From Phoronis australis (Eukaryota > Animalia > Phoronida): DNA of 64,000 nt. Made by a program: the position numbers and the translations under genes. Shown here in pieces: positions 58,418 through 64,000 of this stretch. The stretch covers positions 62,315 through 126,314 of the forward strand of contig NMRA01000836.1 in NCBI GenBank assembly GCA_002633005.1, written 5' to 3'. Within the stretch, counting starts at the first letter, position 1. Every line of letters begins with the position of its first letter. Below the pieces are notes generated by a model, which saw only the letters and a program-made list of their open reading frames with translations, had not been told where the DNA came from and did not search any database.

Positions 58418-59626
58418 ATTGACCTATCGCAAGCTCCGGCCCTATGCGAAAAGTCACGTGATACCCGACAATCGAACGAGATGTCAGAGGCAAATACACT
58501 GTCGCTAAACGACGTTCCTGGAGGTATCGATGACTGCTTTTGCACTATTTGAAAACGCTTCGACAGAGACAAGAGGAGATGATTTTCAACAGATAATCGT
58601 AAGTTCATGATATGGGAATTTGTAAAGGTGACCATGAAAAAATAAGTGCTCGAGGAGCCTGCGAAAATCCGAAGAAACCCTTGGCCTTGGCAACCTTCAC
58701 CTGACAAATGACAAGGTCAATGATACGATATGTTCATGTAAAGCTGAGTATGTACCTTAAAGACGAATTATCTGTACGATTCCATAGATTTCATGATCTT
58801 TCGAACAAAATCAGTGAAGATTCACAGATATTTTTATTCTGTCGTCTGCTAAATTTCGCCAAATGAAAAGTAAGTCACAATTCTGGTGGGACTCTTGGAG
58901 TAAAGTAAGTCATAGATTACAGACAACACATGCACTATAGTCTCTGACTAGGTGGACTCGATAGCACTGTTTACGCTTTTCTAATCTTGTAACGAAATAT
59001 TTTGATAAAAAATCAAGTTCATAGCTCAGGTACACACTCATCTCGTCCTAGGTAAACAGTTAGTTCCGGTAGGTCTAGGGCTGTGTCTAAGTCAAATCAA
59101 TGCCTGGAATTCAGTTGCGGATCTAGGACACCACAAGGGGGCCCAACATATGTTGCCTCGTGGAATTGAGCAAAGTGCGATTGTATGTGCACAGGCGGCC
59201 CGAAAGTTGCAGGTTCCAGAGATGTAGACCTTTGGACCTTCTGTTCAGAAAATCTATCGGTGGACTAAAACAAACAGGAAAACGATTCCGCCGAGATCTG
59301 GGGTCTGAGCACCCCTCTTCCGCTACCGGTCTTAGTTACTAAACTCAATATTTCCTCACGCTTCACGCTCTTCTTATTTCATTTTGTTTGCGGCATCCAA
59401 AAGGGGGAGGGGGCTGGGGCTCATATGGAATTGTCCGTTTGCACCATTAAGACATTTAAATGAGGCGTACCTTCTAATGAACTTGGCATTTTTTTGTAGT
59501 TTCATTCCATAAAGGTAGCTTCCATTTAATTTTGAAGGTAGCATGATCACTAAGTCGTGGTATGGTTACAAAAGATTACAAGTCTGGTGTGGTAGTTGCA
59601 AAAATAGGGTATTTTCAAAAATAACN

Positions 59627-60500
59627 ACACTCTGGAATAGGTCCGGCAGAAACCAAAAAAGACCCCCCAAAAATGAGCTAGCACATACATGTACATTCAA
59701 GGTACCACACAAAACCAATTCCATGTGATTCAATACATGTCACAGATCACTAAAACCCCTATGACAGACAAAATACACTCTGGGTTGTGCCCGGCAGAAA
59801 CCCCCAAAAATCTCAACCATGGTATGCCATCAAAAATTTGAGCTAGACTAGATTTTCGAGGTACCGGCCAAAACTGATTTGAAACGAACAATAATACCGC
59901 ACTAAACACCAAATGACCCATGACAGAAAAATTGCACTCTGGAATGGGTCCGGCAGAAACCAAAAAAGGACCCCCCAAAAATGAGCTAGCACATGCATAC
60001 GAGGTACCACACAAAACCAATTCCATATAATTCAATACATGTCACAGATCACTAAATGCCCTATGTCAGACAAATTACGCTCTGGATTGTGCCCGGCAGA
60101 AACCTTAAAAAATTTCAATCACAGTATGCCATCAAAAATTTGAGCTAGATAAGATTTTCGAAGTACGGGCCAAAACTGATTTTAAATGAACAATAGTACC
60201 GCACTGAACTCCAAATGACCCATGACAGGCAAATCGCGCTCTGGAATCGGTCCAGCAGAAACCAAAAAAGGAACCCCCCGAAACAATGAGCTAGCACATA
60301 CATTTGAGGTACAACACAAAACCAATTCCATGAGGTTCAATACATGTCACAGGTCAACAATTGTGCTCTGGAAGGCGTTTGCCAGAAACTCAATGACACC
60401 GTAAAAGAAGCTAGGTCATCATTCGGGGTACCACAATAAACAATTCCATGTGATTCAAATAGATGTTACTGGTTACCAAATACGCTATGACAGTTAAAAC
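59627..60500. repeat. About 305-bp tandem repeat made of about 150-bp sub-units (also 63790-64000)
   Basis: ctctggaat.ggtcc.gcagaaaccaaaaaag recurs near 59630, 59937 and 60239. Confidence 0.85.
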
Positions 60501-60861
60501 CCAGAGTGTGGGTTGTGCTCGCCAGGCCCAGAAATCTCAACTACCGGTCTACCAATTATATATGGCATATTAGATAATGAGCTTATACTTTTGCGTCTAC
60601 TGAGCTCTCACACTGGATGTCAAATGAATGATGGTGGAGAGTAAGCATTTTGGAGAGTACCTGATAACACTAAAACTTTGGGATACCAGGAACTGTCTAA
60701 AACCAACCCACTTAGTAAAGTTTAAGAACGCAGATTGTGTAAAATATAAAACGCTATCAAAACTGCCAGCAGAAAGGATACGTCATGGCCCCTAAATTTG
60801 CGCTAGATCGAGGAACCACGAAAATTATTTCCAAGGAGCCCTTTCATTTCATTGACTACTN

Positions 60862-62300
60862 TCGGATCATCCAATCAGGTGAAATAGGTCAAAGGTCATT
60901 AGGTGCAAACTAAAATTTTGAGCTAGACACTTCAAATTGACACGTCTGATTGCCACAGGTAAATCAAATTGGAATCCAAAGTTTCAGGTCATTTAGGGCA
61001 AACATGGGGTCATTAGGTGCATTTTTCTTCTCAAATTTTGACCTTTTCAATCAGCAAGTTTTTGATGTGTCAATCGTTAGACAACTTTGATTGACCTATC
61101 GCAAGCTCCGCCCCTATGGGAAAAGTCACGTGATACCCGACAATCGAACGAGATGTCAGAGGCAAATACACTGTCGCTAAACGACGTTCCTGGAGGTATC
61201 GATGACTGTTTTTGCACTATTTGAAAACGCTTCGACAGAGACAAGAGGAGATGCTTTTCAACAGATAATCGTAAGTTCATGATATGGGAATTTGTAAAGG
61301 TGACCATGAAAAATTAAGTGCTCGAGGAGCCAGCGAAAATCCGAAGAAACCCTTGGCCTTGGGGCAACCTTCACCTGACAAATGACAAGGTCAATGATAC
61401 GATATGTTCATGTAAAGCTGAGTATGTACCTTAAAGACGAATTATCTGTACGATTCCATAGATTTCATGATCTTTCGAATAAAATCAGTAAATATTCACC
61501 GATATTTTTATTCTGTCGTCTGCTAAATTTCGCCAAATGAAAAGTAGGTCACAATTCTGGTGGGACTCCTGGAGTAAAGTAAGTCATAGATTACAGACAA
61601 CACATGCACTATAGTCTCTGACTAGGTGGACTCGATAGCACTGTTTACGCTTTTCTAATCTTGTAACGAAATATTTTGATAAAAAAATCAAGTTCATAGC
61701 TCAGGTACACACTCATCTCGTCCTAGGCAAACAGTTAGCTCCGGTAGGTCTAGGGCTGTGTCTAAGTCAAATTAATGCCTGGAATTCAGTTGCGGATCTA
61801 GGACACCACAAGGGGGCCCAACATATTTTGCCTCGTGGAATTGAGCAAAGTGCGATTGTATGTGCACAGGCGGCCCGAAAGTTGCAGGTTCCAGAGATGT
61901 AGACCTTTGGACCTTCTGTTCGGAAAATCTATCGGTGGACTAAAACAAACAGGAAAACGATTCCGCCGAGATCTGGGGTCTGAGCACCCCTCTTCCGCTA
62001 CCGGTCCTAGTTACTAAACTCAATATTTCCTCACGCTTCACGCTCTTCTTATTTCATTTTGTTTGCGGCATCCAAAAGGGGGAGGGGGCTGGGGCTCATA
62101 TGGAATTGTCCGTTTGCACCATTAAGACATTTAAATGAGGCGTACCTTCTAATGAACTTGGCATTTTTTTGTAGTTTCATTCCATAAAGGTAGCTTCCAT
62201 TTAATTTTGAAGGTAGCATGATCACTAAGTCGTGGTATGGTTACAAAAGATTACAAGTCTGGTGTGGTAGTTGCAAAAATAGGGTATTTTCAAAAATAAC
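60862..62300. repeat. Near-identical duplicate of 58198-59625; probable alternate haplotype
   Basis: Collinear with few substitutions and indels; the first copy ends at N59626 and the second starts at N60861. Confidence 0.85.
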
Positions 62301-63132
62301 CCAAATTCTTTTGTTATGCTTCATAAATCTAAATATCATGTTTGAACAAGTTCAAAATGAGCTCTCTCTAACTCTACAGACATAGTGTATACTAGAGGTA
62401 CACCTTCTAAAAGTATTTCAACAGTTTATTTTTAGTGACAACACCTCGACCAAGGCTTTGAGTTCCGGCAGTAATCCAGTGCCCTTCCCTGTGCCGATCG
62501 AATCTCTGAATTTTGACCGGGAGAGAAGTTCATTTGAACGCCAGCCTACGGTTTATGAATAACAAAAATGTACCTGTGATACGAAAAAAAATGATGTCCA
62601 TCAGGTTGAAATAAACAAGAAAAACATAAAATAGAAATGTGCTTGAAAACAACAATTTCCGGGGACTACCGCTAGAGTGCTGAGATCCAGCAGGTGCCGA
62701 GACAAAGGCGGCCAGACGTACGAAACTCGGGAGTCAAAATCTGAGATAGCCCTGCACCATAGCCACCAAGCTGAAAAGTGCGTATCTTGGAACTAATATA
62801 TTTGTGTTAATTATAGCCTTCGAGCTGCTCGTGTAGCCGTACATGTACAGTTTGATCCATAATTTACACTTTTCAATATCATTTTCGGCTTAGGACATGC
62901 CAAAAAATGACGGGATATTATTCTGGAGCAGCATAACGGCTGTCGGTGCTACAAACGCCATATCAACACCGTTTTCCCATTCTTAGCGGACAATTTCTTG
63001 AGCTATAGACTAAAGTAAGTTGCACTCGACTACGTGTGGTTTGTCGGGTAAAATGGCGACTTGGAAACGCAGACGAAGGTGTGCCAAGAATTGGTCAATT
63101 AAGCCGTCCGTCATAATCCTGGCGATAGGTCA
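61092..63132. mobile_element. About 2-kb non-autonomous TIR element with AT target duplication (ISL2EU-like), inserted in a HINE-like element
   Basis: AT|TGACCTATCGC ... GCGATAGGTCA|AT; empty site gtgATtctcagcgttaa visible near 57232. Confidence 0.7.
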
Positions 63133-64000
63133 ATTCTCAGCGTTAAACACATTTTCCATGGGCTTTGTAATAATTCTCCTAAAGATGCTTAAAATGCACC
63201 GGATAAGGTCAATTAGTGCAAAGGTCATGTAACGTTCAAAATGTTATATCTCTTACGTTTTTCAAGGAATTATTTTCAATTTCAGCACACTGGTGTAAGT
63301 CAACATGCCAAATGAATACCCTACATGTACTTTACTTCGCAAAAGGCCTAACCAATCAGAAAAAATAGGTCAAAGGTCATTGAGTGCAAACTAAAATTTT
63401 GAGCTAGACTTCAGAATTATGTATCTGTTTACTAAGTGCGATTGAGTTTGAATTTTAAATTTTCAGATAATTTGGTGCACCCATGGGGTCATTAGGTGCA
63501 TTTTTCTGAAAGTTTGACCACATCATTCAACAGTCACTGGATGGTGTAAAATACGTCAAATCCACCCGAAAACGGGAATATAACACCGTTTTTAAATAAA
63601 AAGATATTTGATAAAATTTCATAAAAATCCATCATGGAACTTTTGAGAAATATAGGAAAACGAAAAAAAAAATGAAATTGCCACAAGGGCGCACAGCGTT
63701 CATCAGTTCCCTCTGAAAGTCGTCGTCATCCGTAGTACATTTCGTATTAATACACTTGCTAAAATTTATAACGATCCTGTAGTGGCTTTAGGAGAAATAG
63801 CTGATTTAAAACGAACAATAGTACCGCACTGAACACCGAATGACCATGACAGACAAATTACACTCTGGAATAGGTCCGGCAGAAACCAAAAAAGACCCCC
63901 CAAAAATGAGCTAGCACATACATGTACATTCAAGGTACCACACAAAACCAATTCCATGTGATTCAATACATGTCACAGATCACTAAAACCCCTATGACAG

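Noticed and set aside
58405-62017. Duplicated ORFs 58405..58707 / 61077..61307 and 59160..59342 / 61835..62017
   Set aside because: Inside a non-autonomous transposon duplicated by the assembly; no protein motifs and an indel between copies

Overview
Intron-rich, AT-rich invertebrate (metazoan) genomic DNA from a draft assembly, with N gaps at 5536, 25299, 34958, 38691-38940, 42837-42996, 59626 and 60861. Three spliced genes were reconstructed by hand. PTPA/PPP2R4 (minus strand, 755-9254, incomplete) and carnitine O-acetyltransferase CRAT (plus strand, 9630-25645, 14 exons, ending in -AKL) sit head-to-head with start codons 375 bp apart. PPP6C (minus strand, 30498-40088) converges on CRAT and contains a canonical U12-type AT-AC intron. 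Exons 3-6 of PPP6C and a 1.4-kb block near 58-62 kb each appear twice around single-N joins, most likely as uncollapsed haplotypes. Many minisatellites are built from exon-intron junction sequence. The last 20 kb has no gene I could recognise and is mostly transposon relics: a decayed Academ(X)-type element with intact termini, a 5'-inverted Penelope-like fragment with a hammerhead-like motif, nested Helentron-like elements and MITEs. I found no convincing new multi-gene system. The best leads are the conserved PTPA-CRAT(-PPP6C) microsynteny, the minor-spliceosome intron and the splice-junction-derived repeats.
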